Below are positions 10,066 through 20,379 of a stretch of DNA of 32,000 bases, one piece after another. The notes beneath the pieces are model-generated. The model was not told the origin of the DNA and searched no databases. It saw nothing but the letters and a program-made list of their open reading frames with translations. The first letter of the stretch is position 1; each line of letters starts with the position of its first letter. The stretch comes from Candidatus Saccharimonadota bacterium (GTDB lineage Bacteria; Pseudomonadota; Gammaproteobacteria; Enterobacterales; Enterobacteriaceae): the NCBI RefSeq assembly GCF_000973505.1, contig NZ_CP010048.1:450001-482000 (forward strand). Reading direction: 5' to 3'. Made by a program: the position numbers and the translations under genes.

Positions 10066-10800
10066 CTACAACATATACATGCCACCATTAACATGCACAG
10101 TTTCACCAGTAATATACCTAGCCGAATCAGAAGCAAGAAATACCACAGCATGTGCAACATCTTTGGGATCACCAAAACAATTCATAGGAATTTTCGATAA
10201 AATACTCACACGATACTTATCCGATAAATTTTCTATCATGTCAGTAGAAATAAAACCTGGTGCCACTACATTAACAGTAACTCCCCGAGCTGCCACTTCA
10301 CGTGCTAAAGATTTACTAAACCCAATCATACCAGATTTTGCTGCAGAATAATTAGATTGACCAATATTACCCATAAAGCCAACAACTGAACTAATATTAA
10401 TAATCCTACCATAACGATTCTTCAACATCGACCGAACTACTGATTTTGACATACGATATACAGATGTCAAATTTGTATTAATAATAGACTCCCATTGATT
10501 GTCTTTCATATGTACTAGTAGACTATCTTGAACAATACCTGCATTATTAATTAATATATCAATATCACCAAATTTTAACTTTATATTTTTTAACACATGC
10601 ACAATAGAATCCAAATCTGTTACATCTAATTCCATCCCCAATCCTGCATCTTTTAAATAAGAATTAATAATTTTAACACCAACTGCATTAGTGGATGTAC
10701 CTATTACAATAGCACCAGACATAACTAACATTTCAGAAATAGCACGCCCTATTCCACGAGTAGCTCCAGTTACTAACGCGATTCTTTTTTCAAAGCTCAT
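10066..10800 (-). CDS. fabG: 3-oxoacyl-ACP reductase
   Basis: It is an SDR with ALVTGATRGIGRAI and the Y...K catalytic context (NYSAAKSG). I place the start at ATG 10800 (MSFEKRIALVTG vs E. coli MNFEGKIALVTG). The tracked ORF starts 3 codons earlier at a GTG. Confidence 0.95.
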   Translation of the reverse strand: MSFEKRIALVTGATRGIGRAISEMLVMSGAIVIGTSTNAVGVKIINSYLKDAGLGMELDVTDLDSIVHVLKNIKLKFGDIDILINNAGIVQDSLLVHMKDNQWESIINTNLTSVYRMSKSVVRSMLKNRYGRIINISSVVGFMGNIGQSNYSAAKSGMIGFSKSLAREVAARGVTVNVVAPGFISTDMIENLSDKYRVSILSKIPMNCFGDPKDVAHAVVFLASDSARYITGETVHVNGGMYML

Positions 10801-10817
10801 AAACACCACCTTAACGA

Positions 10818-11756
10818 TTAATATTTAATTGCCACATTTAACGATGGTACATCATTTACAGACATACTTAACAAATTACTGTTAATAATACATCTTCGAA
10901 CCATAGTGCTTAACACATTGCTAGGACCCATCTCTATTAATGTATTAATATTAAATTTTAACAAATACTCAATAATTTCATACCAACGTACAGGAGTATA
11001 TAATTGCCTGATCAAAGCCTGTTTAACACGATCGGGATTTTTTTCAATACTAACATCAACATTATTTATTACAGATATAGAAGGAAACAAAAAATCAATT
11101 TTTTCTAACTCACGTTCAAATTTTTCAGCTATGGACATCATTAACTTACAATGAGACGGTATAGTAATAGGTAATATATATACAAATTTAGCACCTAATG
11201 CTTTACAAATAATATTTACACGTTCTACAGCTGTTTTATAACCTGAAATAATCACATAATTTGGTGCATTGAAAACCGATACTGAAACAAATTGATCATT
11301 ACACCTAACGTCCTGACAAACTGAAATAACAACACTTTTATCTAAACCAATAACCGCAGACATCACGCCAACATCTTGGACAACTGCCATTTGCATCAAG
11401 ATACCCCGTGACTCCACTAATTTAATTGCTGCAGAAAAATCAATAACACCAGAACACACTAAAGCGGAATATTCTCCTAAACTATGCCCCGCCATAAATT
11501 TTGGTAATCGCCCACCCTGAGCACACCAAATTCTCCAAATGGCGACTGACGCCGCTAAAATAGCTGGTTGAGCTCGACAAGTTTTATTTAATTCTTCTAC
11601 TGGCCCCCGTTGTGTTAAATCCCATAAATTATAACCTAAAACTTCCGATGCTTCGCTAAACGTTTCCTTTAATATAGCATTTTCCGATAAACCGGATAAC
11701 ATTCCTACCTTTTGAGATGCTTGCCCTGGAAAAACTACTGCTAATCTATTATCCAT
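10818..11756 (-). CDS. fabD: Malonyl-CoA:ACP transacylase
   Basis: It has VFPGQASQKVGML, the active-site GHSLGEYSALV, and YTPVRW. Its 312 aa are colinear with E. coli FabD. An AGGA SD is present. Confidence 0.96.
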   Translation of the reverse strand: MDNRLAVVFPGQASQKVGMLSGLSENAILKETFSEASEVLGYNLWDLTQRGPVEELNKTCRAQPAILAASVAIWRIWCAQGGRLPKFMAGHSLGEYSALVCSGVIDFSAAIKLVESRGILMQMAVVQDVGVMSAVIGLDKSVVISVCQDVRCNDQFVSVSVFNAPNYVIISGYKTAVERVNIICKALGAKFVYILPITIPSHCKLMMSIAEKFERELEKIDFLFPSISVINNVDVSIEKNPDRVKQALIRQLYTPVRWYEIIEYLLKFNINTLIEMGPSNVLSTMVRRCIINSNLLSMSVNDVPSLNVAIKY

Positions 11757-11777
11757 ATATAAAATCCTAATTTAATA

Positions 11778-12731
11778 TTAAAAACGTAATAACACAGACC
11801 CCCATGTCAATCCGCCTCCAAAAGCTTCTAATAAAACTAAATGACCTCGTTTGATACGACCATCACGAACTGCTTCGTCCAGTGCTAAGGGTACAGAAGC
11901 TGCCGATGTATTACCATGCCTATCAAGGGTTACTACAACTTTTTCCATACCCATACCTAAACGTTTGGCAGTTGCAGAAATAATACGCAAATTTGCTTGA
12001 TGAGGCACTAACCAATCTAATTCTCCTCGATCAATTTTATTAGCAATCATTGTTTCATCTACCACATGAGCCAAAGAAGAAACCGCTATTTTGAATAATT
12101 CATTACCAGACATTTGCAAATATGTAGTACTTGAAGGACAAATTCGATTGTAATATGGTAAAGTCAATAAATCACCATATCGACCATCAGCATGCAAATG
12201 TGTTGAAAGAATCCCAGGAGTGTCTGAACGGCCAAGTATTACAGCACCAGCTCCATCACCAAATAAAATTAACGTTCCTCGATCTTTAGGATTTAATGTA
12301 TGACTTAAAGTATCAGAACCAACCACTAAAGCATATTCTATAGTACCATGCTTAATATACTGATCTGCCACACTTAACGCATAAGCAAAACCAGTACAGG
12401 CTGCTGATAAATCGAATGCAATACTATCATCTATATTTAAACTACGCTGAATTTGACACGCTGCACTAGGAAATGCATGAGTAGAAGAAGTAGTAGCAAC
12501 AATAATAATACCTACAGTTTTTGCATGAATATCAGCCATCTTTAAAGCTTGTTGTGCAGCATAAAAACCCATATTAGACACTGTCTCATCCGCATTAGAA
12601 ATGCGACGTTCACGAATACCAGTTCGAGTCACAATCCAATCATCTGATGTATCAATCATCTTTTCTAAAAATGAATTCGATCTAACACAAACCGGAAGAT
12701 AACTCCCAGTACCAAGAATTTTAGTAAACAT
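11778..12731 (-). CDS. fabH: 3-oxoacyl-ACP synthase III
   Basis: [23 protein letters not shown] (active Cys), [10 protein letters not shown] and GNTSAASVP are very close to E. coli FabH. I place the start at ATG 12731. The tracked ORF adds 8 codons. Confidence 0.96.
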   Translation of the reverse strand: MFTKILGTGSYLPVCVRSNSFLEKMIDTSDDWIVTRTGIRERRISNADETVSNMGFYAAQQALKMADIHAKTVGIIIVATTSSTHAFPSAACQIQRSLNIDDSIAFDLSAACTGFAYALSVADQYIKHGTIEYALVVGSDTLSHTLNPKDRGTLILFGDGAGAVILGRSDTPGILSTHLHADGRYGDLLTLPYYNRICPSSTTYLQMSGNELFKIAVSSLAHVVDETMIANKIDRGELDWLVPHQANLRIISATAKRLGMGMEKVVVTLDRHGNTSAASVPLALDEAVRDGRIKRGHLVLLEAFGGGLTWGSVLLRF

Positions 12732-12767
12732 GTATCTATTATATCTACTTATCAATTATCATCACTA

Positions 12768-13811
12768 TCATAATTCAGATAAAATACTTATCAATCGAGT
12801 CGCAATACGATCTGGTACTTTACGCTTCACTGCTTGCACCGCCTGTTCAATAGCAGAAACAAATGCATCTTGAGTAGCCGAACCATGACTTTTTACTACA
12901 ATATCACGCAAGCCTACTAAACAAGCACCATTATACTTATTAGGATTTAATTGATTCAACCGATCACCAATAAAAAATTTTTTTATTCCAATTTGAATCC
13001 ACTTATGTATTAACCATGCTGATGTAATATAATTACCTCTATTGCCTTTCAATAACGAAAGAAAAACTTTTATGACACCTTCCATCGTTTTTAAAGTAAT
13101 ATTTCCAATAAAACCATCACATACTAAAACATCTGCCTTACCCATTAATAACTCGTTTGCTTCAAGATAACCAATATATCGAATACATGGAATATTTCGC
13201 AATTTCATTGACGCTTGATGAATATTATGCAATCCTTTCATCTCTTCTTCCCCAATGTTAAGTAAAGCTACTCGAGGATTATTAACTCCCACGATCTGTT
13301 CAGCGAATACCGAACCCATAATTGCAAACTGAACCAACATTGAACTATCACACGTAATATTCGCACCTAAATCTAAAATAACCGTCTTTCCACAGCGTTG
13401 ATTAGGCAACACAGCAGTCAACGCCGGCCGTTCAATTCCCTTTAAAGATTTAAGAATTAACTTTGACAACCCCATTAAAGCACCTGTATTACCAGCACTA
13501 ATGCATCCCTGAGCTTTTTTTAACTTAATAAGTTCTAAAGCTACACGCATTGACGTTCCGCGACTAACACGAATAGCTTTCGAAGGCTTTTCCTCACTAC
13601 TAATTACTAATTTAGTAGGAATCACCGTTAAACGAGTTAATAAATCACTATTTTCTGATCTAGATAAAATCGGACAAATAATATCAGGATCACCAACAAG
13701 CAGTAACTTAAGATTTGGATGCATAGCTAACGCCTGTAAGGCAGCAGGCACTATTACACTTGGCCCAAAATCGCCTCCCATAACATCCAAAGAAAGAGTA
13801 AAAAATCCCAA
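12768..13811 (-). CDS. plsX: Phosphate acyltransferase PlsX
   Basis: [25 protein letters not shown] and [16 protein letters not shown] are colinear with E. coli PlsX. The apparent start codon is TTG (13809-13811), 18 nt after the rpmF stop. Confidence 0.95.
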   Translation of the reverse strand: MGFFTLSLDVMGGDFGPSVIVPAALQALAMHPNLKLLLVGDPDIICPILSRSENSDLLTRLTVIPTKLVISSEEKPSKAIRVSRGTSMRVALELIKLKKAQGCISAGNTGALMGLSKLILKSLKGIERPALTAVLPNQRCGKTVILDLGANITCDSSMLVQFAIMGSVFAEQIVGVNNPRVALLNIGEEEMKGLHNIHQASMKLRNIPCIRYIGYLEANELLMGKADVLVCDGFIGNITLKTMEGVIKVFLSLLKGNRGNYITSAWLIHKWIQIGIKKFFIGDRLNQLNPNKYNGACLVGLRDIVVKSHGSATQDAFVSAIEQAVQAVKRKVPDRIATRLISILSEL

Positions 13812-13829
13812 AAGTATATACCCTATTTT

Positions 13830-14018
13830 TTAAGATACCCGTTTTATTGAAATCGCTTCATAACCCCGATAAAATCCATTTTTGGTAATATAATGCCGAC
13901 GATGCAACTCACCAGAACAAGAATCAATTGATATTGACATATTAAATAACTTTAATGAATCATGGGATCGCCGCATTCCGCGTTTAGAACGCGTAGGCTT
14001 ATTTTGTTGTACTGCCAT
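13830..14018 (-). CDS. rpmF: 50S ribosomal protein L32
   Basis: The first ~16 residues, [16 protein letters not shown], match my recollection of E. coli L32. An AGGA SD is present. Confidence 0.96.
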   Translation of the reverse strand: MAVQQNKPTRSKRGMRRSHDSLKLFNMSISIDSCSGELHRRHYITKNGFYRGYEAISIKRVS

Positions 14019-14354
14019 AACAATTCCTTAAATAACTGTAAATGTAAAAAATATAAACCAATCCAACAAAAATCACTAAAATGAATTTCTGTTTTTTAAG
14101 CATAATCATACTATAACACATGAATATAATTAAATATTAACCAAATGCAATCACAAATACTAACACGATATAGCATATTAACTATAATACAATAAATTCA
14201 ATACAACTTAATAACATTTAATACAATTTTTAAAAAATTATTCTAATCAAAAATCTTTATAAAACTAAGTATCTACACAATCACTAAACGATATACAGCT
14301 AATAAAACTGTACCCAAAATACATTTTTAAAATAAAATAATTATTAAACATCAA

Positions 14355-15311
14355 TTACTTTCGCAAAAACAATAAACAATTTGACAATATTTTATCCATA
14401 GGTGCTTCAATACAAAAAGTCTTGCCATTGATTGGATGAATAAATCGTAATTTAGAAGCATGTAAAAATAACCGATTTAAACCAGAAGAAATCTTAATCT
14501 TTTGATTATATATTGCATCTCCATAACGTTTATCATATGCAATAGGATTTCCTATATATTGTGCATGAACACGAATCTGATGTGTACGCCCAGTAATTGG
14601 GTTTACTCTAAGCAATGTTTCTGCAATAAATCTTTCTTGAACAATAAAATAAGTTTTAGAATACTTCCCTACTATCGAATTTACTTTAACATTATTTAAA
14701 CATGTAGAAGAAGAATGCCTTGATAGCGGAACAGTCACAACTTTAAAATTAAATTTACACTTTCCAAAAACTAACGCTAAATATTCTTTCTTTATTACAT
14801 TTAAACGCAATTGTTCATGTAACTGAATTAAAGAAAAATAATTTTTTGCTAACAACAAAACTCCAGAAGTCTCTTTATCCAAACGATGCACTAATGAAAG
14901 ATAATCAAGTTCGGGACGTACTGTTCTTAACCCTTCAATAATACCATATGACAACTTACTACCAGCATGCACTGCAATACCAGATGGTTTATTAAGAATA
15001 ATTAAATGATCATCTTCATAAAGAACAGAATTAAATAACTTCCTAATAATTGTTTCAGAAATACAAACATTATTTCTTTCAAACATTACATTTCGTATTG
15101 GTGGAATACGTATTATATCTCCAAAATTCAACCTATACATACATTTGACTCTTTTTTTATTAACTCGAATTTCACCTTTACGTAAAATAGAATAAACTTT
15201 ATTTCTAGATATCCCTTTCAAATATGATAATAAAAAGTTATCAATACGACGTCCAATAATATTTGGCGAAGATATAGTAATTAAATTTACATTATTATTA
15301 TATGTTTTCAT
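14355..15311 (-). CDS. rluC: 23S rRNA pseudouridine synthase RluC
   Basis: It has an N-terminal S4-like domain (RIDNFL...VYSILRKGEIRVN), the RluA-family catalytic motif HRLDKETSGVLLLAK, and GRTHQIRVH. It is divergent from rne, as in E. coli. Confidence 0.9.
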   Translation of the reverse strand: MKTYNNNVNLITISSPNIIGRRIDNFLLSYLKGISRNKVYSILRKGEIRVNKKRVKCMYRLNFGDIIRIPPIRNVMFERNNVCISETIIRKLFNSVLYEDDHLIILNKPSGIAVHAGSKLSYGIIEGLRTVRPELDYLSLVHRLDKETSGVLLLAKNYFSLIQLHEQLRLNVIKKEYLALVFGKCKFNFKVVTVPLSRHSSSTCLNNVKVNSIVGKYSKTYFIVQERFIAETLLRVNPITGRTHQIRVHAQYIGNPIAYDKRYGDAIYNQKIKISSGLNRLFLHASKLRFIHPINGKTFCIEAPMDKILSNCLLFLRK

Positions 15312-15735
15312 AAAAAATTATGGTTAAATAACGATACAAAAAACTATACAGGAATAAATAACTTAAAAAAACCACTAATGAGATACCGTATATACATTTA
15401 CTAAAATATAATACATTATTTACCAAATAGCATTGTTATTATAATAACTAAAATAATCATACTAAAATTATTTTAAAACGCATAAATGAAATACAATATC
15501 ATGTTCAAAATTTCACTAGATTAAATTCATGAATACAATTTAAAAAATATAAATACAATATCATATTAATACTAACTACAATTCTAATTATAAAAATATA
15601 AAAATATAATAATAATACTTTATGATATTTGAAAATATCATTTCATAAAAATAATATACACATATTTTAATCACTCTTACTAAAAAATACCTTTTCCCAA
15701 CAATAACAAAATATATAACCATCGGATACACTACA

Positions 15736-17508
15736 ATGAAAAGAATGTTAATCAACGCCACCCAACAAGAAGAACTTCGTATAGCCTTAGTAGACGGACA
15801 ATGGTTATATGATTTAAATATTGAAACTGTAGGACATACTCAAAAAAAATCCAATATCTATAAAGGAAAAATAACTAGAATCGAACCAAGCTTAGAAGCA
15901 GTTTTTGTTGATTATGGTGCTGAACGACACGGATTTCTCCCCTTAAAAGAAATTTCCCGCGAATATTTTTCTGCTCAATTTTCTTCATGCATTAAAACTA
16001 CAAACATTAAAGAAATTTTACACGAAGGACAAGAACTAATAGTCCAAATTGATAAAGAAGAAAGAGGAAGTAAAGGTGCTGCATTAACAACATTTATCAG
16101 TTTAGCAGGTAGTTATTTAGTTTTAATGCCAAATAATCCAAAAGCAGGAGGAATTTCACGACGCATTGAAGGTAATAATAGAGTCGAATTAAAAGAAATA
16201 TTATCGCTATTAGAACTGCCTGAAGGTATGAGCTTAATTGTTCGTACAGCAGGACTAGGTAAATCTGCTGAAGCATTAGAATGGGATCTGACTTTTCGAC
16301 TAAAACATTGGCAAGCAATTAAAAAAGCTGCGGAAAAAAAAACAGCTCCTGTTTTAATTCATCAAGAAAGCAGCATAATTGCTCGTACTGTTCGCGATTA
16401 TTTACGACCGGATATTGGAGAAATTTTAATTGATAACCCAGAGATCTTGATAACGATAAAAGAACATATAATGGCTCTTGGTCGACCGGATTTTAACAAC
16501 AAAATCAAATTATACAACGGTGAAATTCCATTATTTAGCCATTATCAAATCGAATCACAAATTGAATCTGCTTTCCAGCGAAAAGTTAAATTACCATCTG
16601 GAGGTTCAATTGCTATTGACAGTACTGAAGCATTAACTGCTATTGATATTAATTCCGCCCGTTCTACACGAGGCACAGATATTGAAGATACGGCATTTAA
16701 TACTAATTTAGAAGCATCTGCAGAAATTGCTAGACAGTTACGATTGCGTGATTTAGGCGGATTAATTGTTATAGATTTTATCGATATGAATTCAATGCGC
16801 CATCAACGAGAAATAGAACAATCTTTACGAGAATCCGTACGACAAGATAGAGCACGTATTCAAATTGGGCGTATTTCTCGATTTGGATTATTAGAACTTT
16901 CACGACAACGATTACGAGCATCATTGGGTGAATCAAGTTATCACGTTTGTCCAAGGTGCGGAGGTACAGGTAGTATTCGTGATAACGAATCGTTATCTCT
17001 ATCTATTTTACGATTAATTGAAGAAGAAGCACTAAAAGAAAATACATGCGAAGTACACGCTATTGTTCCAGTACCAATTGCCTCCTATTTACTTAACGAA
17101 AAAAGAAAATCAATTAATGAAATTGAAAAACGACAAGGGGGAATTCGAACTATTATAGTCCCCAATGACCAAATGCAAACGCCGAATTATATTATTCATC
17201 GTATTAGAAAAGGCGAAAAAGCTTCTAGACCAAGCTATTTATTACCACAACTCCACGAAATAGATATTGCAAACGAAGAACATAACTATAATAAAGAAAA
17301 ACAATATACCCACGAAACTACTACATCATCACAAAACATTCATATTAGATCAAATAAAACAATATCAATAACCAAAAAAATAATATTTAACACAATTTTA
17401 TACACAACATTCCTCGATAAAAATACTATCTATTTTTATAACATACTACACCGATTAATCATTAAACTTAAATACACATTGTTTATGTTATCAAAATCAT
17501 TAAAATAA
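15736..17508 (+). CDS. rne: Ribonuclease E, catalytic N-terminal half only (590 aa; E. coli protein is about 1061 aa)
   Basis: Residues 1 to ~508 are colinear with E. coli RNase E. Shared elements are [15 protein letters not shown], the S1 domain, [28 protein letters not shown], the Zn-link CPRCGGTG, and [19 protein letters not shown]. The last 82 aa (from nt 17260) are N/K/I/T-rich and unalignable. Confidence 0.93.
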   Translation: MKRMLINATQQEELRIALVDGQWLYDLNIETVGHTQKKSNIYKGKITRIEPSLEAVFVDYGAERHGFLPLKEISREYFSAQFSSCIKTTNIKEILHEGQELIVQIDKEERGSKGAALTTFISLAGSYLVLMPNNPKAGGISRRIEGNNRVELKEILSLLELPEGMSLIVRTAGLGKSAEALEWDLTFRLKHWQAIKKAAEKKTAPVLIHQESSIIARTVRDYLRPDIGEILIDNPEILITIKEHIMALGRPDFNNKIKLYNGEIPLFSHYQIESQIESAFQRKVKLPSGGSIAIDSTEALTAIDINSARSTRGTDIEDTAFNTNLEASAEIARQLRLRDLGGLIVIDFIDMNSMRHQREIEQSLRESVRQDRARIQIGRISRFGLLELSRQRLRASLGESSYHVCPRCGGTGSIRDNESLSLSILRLIEEEALKENTCEVHAIVPVPIASYLLNEKRKSINEIEKRQGGIRTIIVPNDQMQTPNYIIHRIRKGEKASRPSYLLPQLHEIDIANEEHNYNKEKQYTHETTTSSQNIHIRSNKTISITKKIIFNTILYTTFLDKNTIYFYNILHRLIIKLKYTLFMLSKSLK

Positions 17509-18132
17509 TTATACCATCTTAGTTCATGATTGCTTTTAAAAATTGCTTAATTGTACAATTGGATACGAATATAAAAATATCAACAAAAAATAATAAACAA
17601 GAAAATTATTCATAAATTCAACAATCATGGAATCATATAAATTAAATAAAAACATCTTAATATTAAAAAAAATTAAAAAATAATATAAATACACCCAAAA
17701 ACATTAAAGACATACTAAAAAATATTTCTGAATATGTTATAAACTTGATAATTATATTCAATATATTATATAATTAAGTAACTGTTGTAACAATACACGA
17801 ATTTCAAATCATCATAACATATTTGAAATCATTTAAATATTGTAGTATTTTAACTGCAAAACCATTAATTAAAAAACATAAAACCCTATATTTGGAAAAT
17901 AAATATTCAATTAATATTTTCTCTAAATTTTTAACACATACAGCATCGGATACTTATGGTATAATTTTTCATTGTAAATAATTTGAATTTTTTTAAAAAA
18001 TTGTATTTTACTAACAATAATAACAATAAATTGTCTTATTAACACACTATTAAACTTGGTTATTATCTATACAATTTAATTAATATCTTTAATTTTGAAT
18101 TTAATCAATATTAATAATGTTACAAATATATA

Positions 18133-19062
18133 ATGACTAAACTCCCAAAATTTAACTGTAATCTATTACACCCAAAATATTGGTGCATTTGGTTAGGAAT
18201 AATACTACTATATTTAATAGTAGTACTCTTACCTTATCATGCAATACATTACTGCGGTATTAAATTAGGCAGAACAGTACAATGGTTTATATCACGTAGA
18301 ATAAAAATTATTCGACAAAATCTACAACTGTGTTTTCCAAATTTAACGAAAACAGAACTAGAACATTTAGTAAAAAAAAATTGTGAATCAATTGGTATGG
18401 GAATTTTTGAAACAGGCATGGCTTGGTTTTGGTCAGATACACGTATTAAACGTTGGTTCACAATTAAAGGTTTAAAATATATCATTCAAGCAAAAAAAGA
18501 AAACAAGGGGGTTCTACTAATTGGAATGCATTTTCTTACCCTCGAACTAGGAGCAAGAATTTTTGGCATATTACATCCAGGTATTGGTGTATATCGACCT
18601 AATAACAATTTATTAATCGATTGGTTACAAACTTGGGGACGATTACGATCAAACAAATCAATGCTTCATCGTTCTGATATAAAAGGAATTGTAAAAGCAT
18701 TAAAAAATGGAGAAATTATTTGGTATGCACCTGATCATGACTACGGATATAAAAACAGCATATTTGTTCCTTTGTTTGCTGTACCTCATGCCGCAACTAC
18801 AATAGGAACATACAAAATAGCTAAAATTACTAAACCAGCTATTATCCCATTCATGCCCTACCGTTTACCGAACGCTTCAGGTTATGAATTACTCATTTTA
18901 CCGGATGAAAAAACCATACCACTAAACCAAGACATCGAAACAGTAATAACTTACATTAACAAAAAAATAATTGAAAAATTAATTCTAACCGCTCCAGATC
19001 AATATATGTGGTTACATAGACGTTTTAAGACACGGCCCCATGGTGATCCCCCTCTATACTAA
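18133..19062 (+). CDS. lpxL: Lipid A biosynthesis lauroyl acyltransferase
   Basis: MTKLPKFNCNLLHPKYW, MHFLTLELGAR, GIGVYRPNNN.LIDWLQTWGRLRSNKSML, WYAPDHDYG and QYMWLHRRFKTRP are colinear with E. coli LpxL (HtrB). Confidence 0.94.
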   Translation: MTKLPKFNCNLLHPKYWCIWLGIILLYLIVVLLPYHAIHYCGIKLGRTVQWFISRRIKIIRQNLQLCFPNLTKTELEHLVKKNCESIGMGIFETGMAWFWSDTRIKRWFTIKGLKYIIQAKKENKGVLLIGMHFLTLELGARIFGILHPGIGVYRPNNNLLIDWLQTWGRLRSNKSMLHRSDIKGIVKALKNGEIIWYAPDHDYGYKNSIFVPLFAVPHAATTIGTYKIAKITKPAIIPFMPYRLPNASGYELLILPDEKTIPLNQDIETVITYINKKIIEKLILTAPDQYMWLHRRFKTRPHGDPPLY

Positions 19063-19184
19063 TATTAATAAAAAACACCAAACTAAACATAATTAATTCC
19101 AATGCTATAAATACTGCAATATAAAAAATTTTATACTTATTAATAATTATTACTCAGACAAGATAAAAAATACTTACAAATATT

Positions 19185-20119
19185 ATGCGAATATTCACTA
19201 TAATATACAACATTCTTATTTTAATAACACTGTTGCACTCTACACACCCCCGTGCTTTACTGTATACCCTGCCAAAAAAAGGGAACAAAATAGTAGGAGA
19301 AAATATCGAAATTACAATCCCAACCAATAACACACTTCCTCTTGAATATTTTGCTGAAAAATACCAAATCGGATTAAGCAATCTTTTAGAAATTAATCCT
19401 AATATCGACGTTTACTTACCAAAATCAAACAAACCAATAATTATTCCCCATCAATTAATTTTACCTGACACCCCCCATGAGGGAATAATCATTAATAGTG
19501 CAGAAATGAGACTATTTTTCTATCCAAAAAATAACAACACAGTAATTATTTTTCCAATAGGTATCGGAGAAATTGAACATCACACCCCATTTAACTGGAT
19601 TACATCAATACAAAAAAAAAACATAACCCAACATGGATTCCCACCCAAAATATAAAAAACGAATATATTGCACGAGGAGACATCCCTCCAAAAATTGTAC
19701 CACCAGGACCTCAGAATCCAATGGGATCGCACGCTTTATATATTGGAAAACTTTATGCAATTCACGGTACTAACTCAAATTTTGGCATTGGTTTACGTAT
19801 AAGCCATGGATGCGTACGTTTAAGAACCAAGGATATGAAATATCTCTTTGACCATGCACCAATAGGAACTAGAGTACAATTTATTAACGAACCAGTAAAA
19901 ATCACCACGGAAACAAACGGTACTTCTTATTTAGAAGTACATGATCCATTATCACTAACAAAAAAAGAATTTAATTCACAACAACAAAAAAAAATTCAAT
20001 TATCAAACACTATACGCAAAATACTTCAGTGTAATAAAACAATAGACCATAAGCTAGTACAAGAAGCACTTAATCAACGTCTAGGAATCCCAATTAACAT
20101 TACATTAAAACACAAATAA
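19185..20119 (+). pseudogene. YcfS/YnhG-type L,D-transpeptidase (signal peptide + LysM-like segment + YkuD domain) interrupted by a -1 frameshift in an A10 tract; possibly still expressed through slippage
   Basis: ORF 19185-19655 aligns with E. coli YcfS over ..IVGENIE.., LEYFAEKYQIGLSNLLEINPNIDVYLP...IIIP and LPDTPHEGIIINSAEMRLFFYP. The second frame, open from 19595, continues with NPTWIPTQNIKNEY...PPGPQNPMGSHALYI...HGTN..FGIGLRISHGCVRLR (catalytic Cys). The two frames overlap only around the A10 run at 19612-19621. Confidence 0.88.
19612..19621 (+). repeat. A10 homopolymer at the frameshift site of the L,D-transpeptidase gene
   Basis: I counted this directly: c(19611), then 10 a, then c(19622). 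With 11 A the two halves would be in frame (..ITSIQKKKHNPTW..). Confidence 0.9.
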
Positions 20120-20216
20120 TAAAAACACAAATAATATTTATGTTTTTAAGTAATATTTATGTTTTTATAAATTATGACAATAATATCGAGTCATTACATA
20201 TAATGACTATTGTTTA

Positions 20217-20299
20217 TACCCGGGACGAGACTTGAACTCGTACAGCAAGCAGCTGAGGGATTTTAAGTCCCTTGTGTCTACCAATTCCACCACCCGGGC
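20217..20299 (-). tRNA. leuZ: tRNA-Leu, anticodon UAA (no encoded CCA)
   Basis: The reverse complement is GCCCGGGTGGTGGAATTGGTAGACACAAGGGACTTAAAATCCCTCAGCTGCTTGCTGTACGAGTTCAAGTCTCGTCCCGGGTA. It forms a cloverleaf with a long variable arm and the loop CT-TAA-AA. It is very similar to E. coli leuZ and lies downstream of pgsA and tRNA-Cys, as in E. coli. Confidence 0.9.
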
Positions 20300-20308
20300 T
20301 AAAGAATT

Positions 20309-20379
20309 AGGCACGTCTCAGACTTGAACTGAGATTAACGGATTTGCAATCCGTTGCATAACCCTTCTGCCAACGCGCC
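20309..20379 (-). tRNA. cysT: tRNA-Cys, anticodon GCA (no encoded CCA)
   Basis: The reverse complement is GGCGCGTTGGCAGAAGGGTTATGCAACGGATTGCAAATCCGTTAATCTCAGTTCAAGTCTGAGACGTGCCT. The anticodon loop is TT-GCA-AA and the U73 discriminator is typical of tRNA-Cys. Confidence 0.9.

Noticed and set aside
20190-20207. AT-rich hairpins or palindromes considered as terminators or operators: gtcatta-cata-taatgac between ldt and tRNA-Leu (20190-20207), the inverted repeat at 4622-4655, the palindrome aattgtacaatt at 17549-17560, and the imperfect inverted repeat at 24317-24371 downstream of ompA.
   Set aside because: The stems are short and almost purely A/T, they lack a clear following T-run, and such structures arise by chance at this composition. 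I see no convincing rho-independent terminator anywhere in the window.
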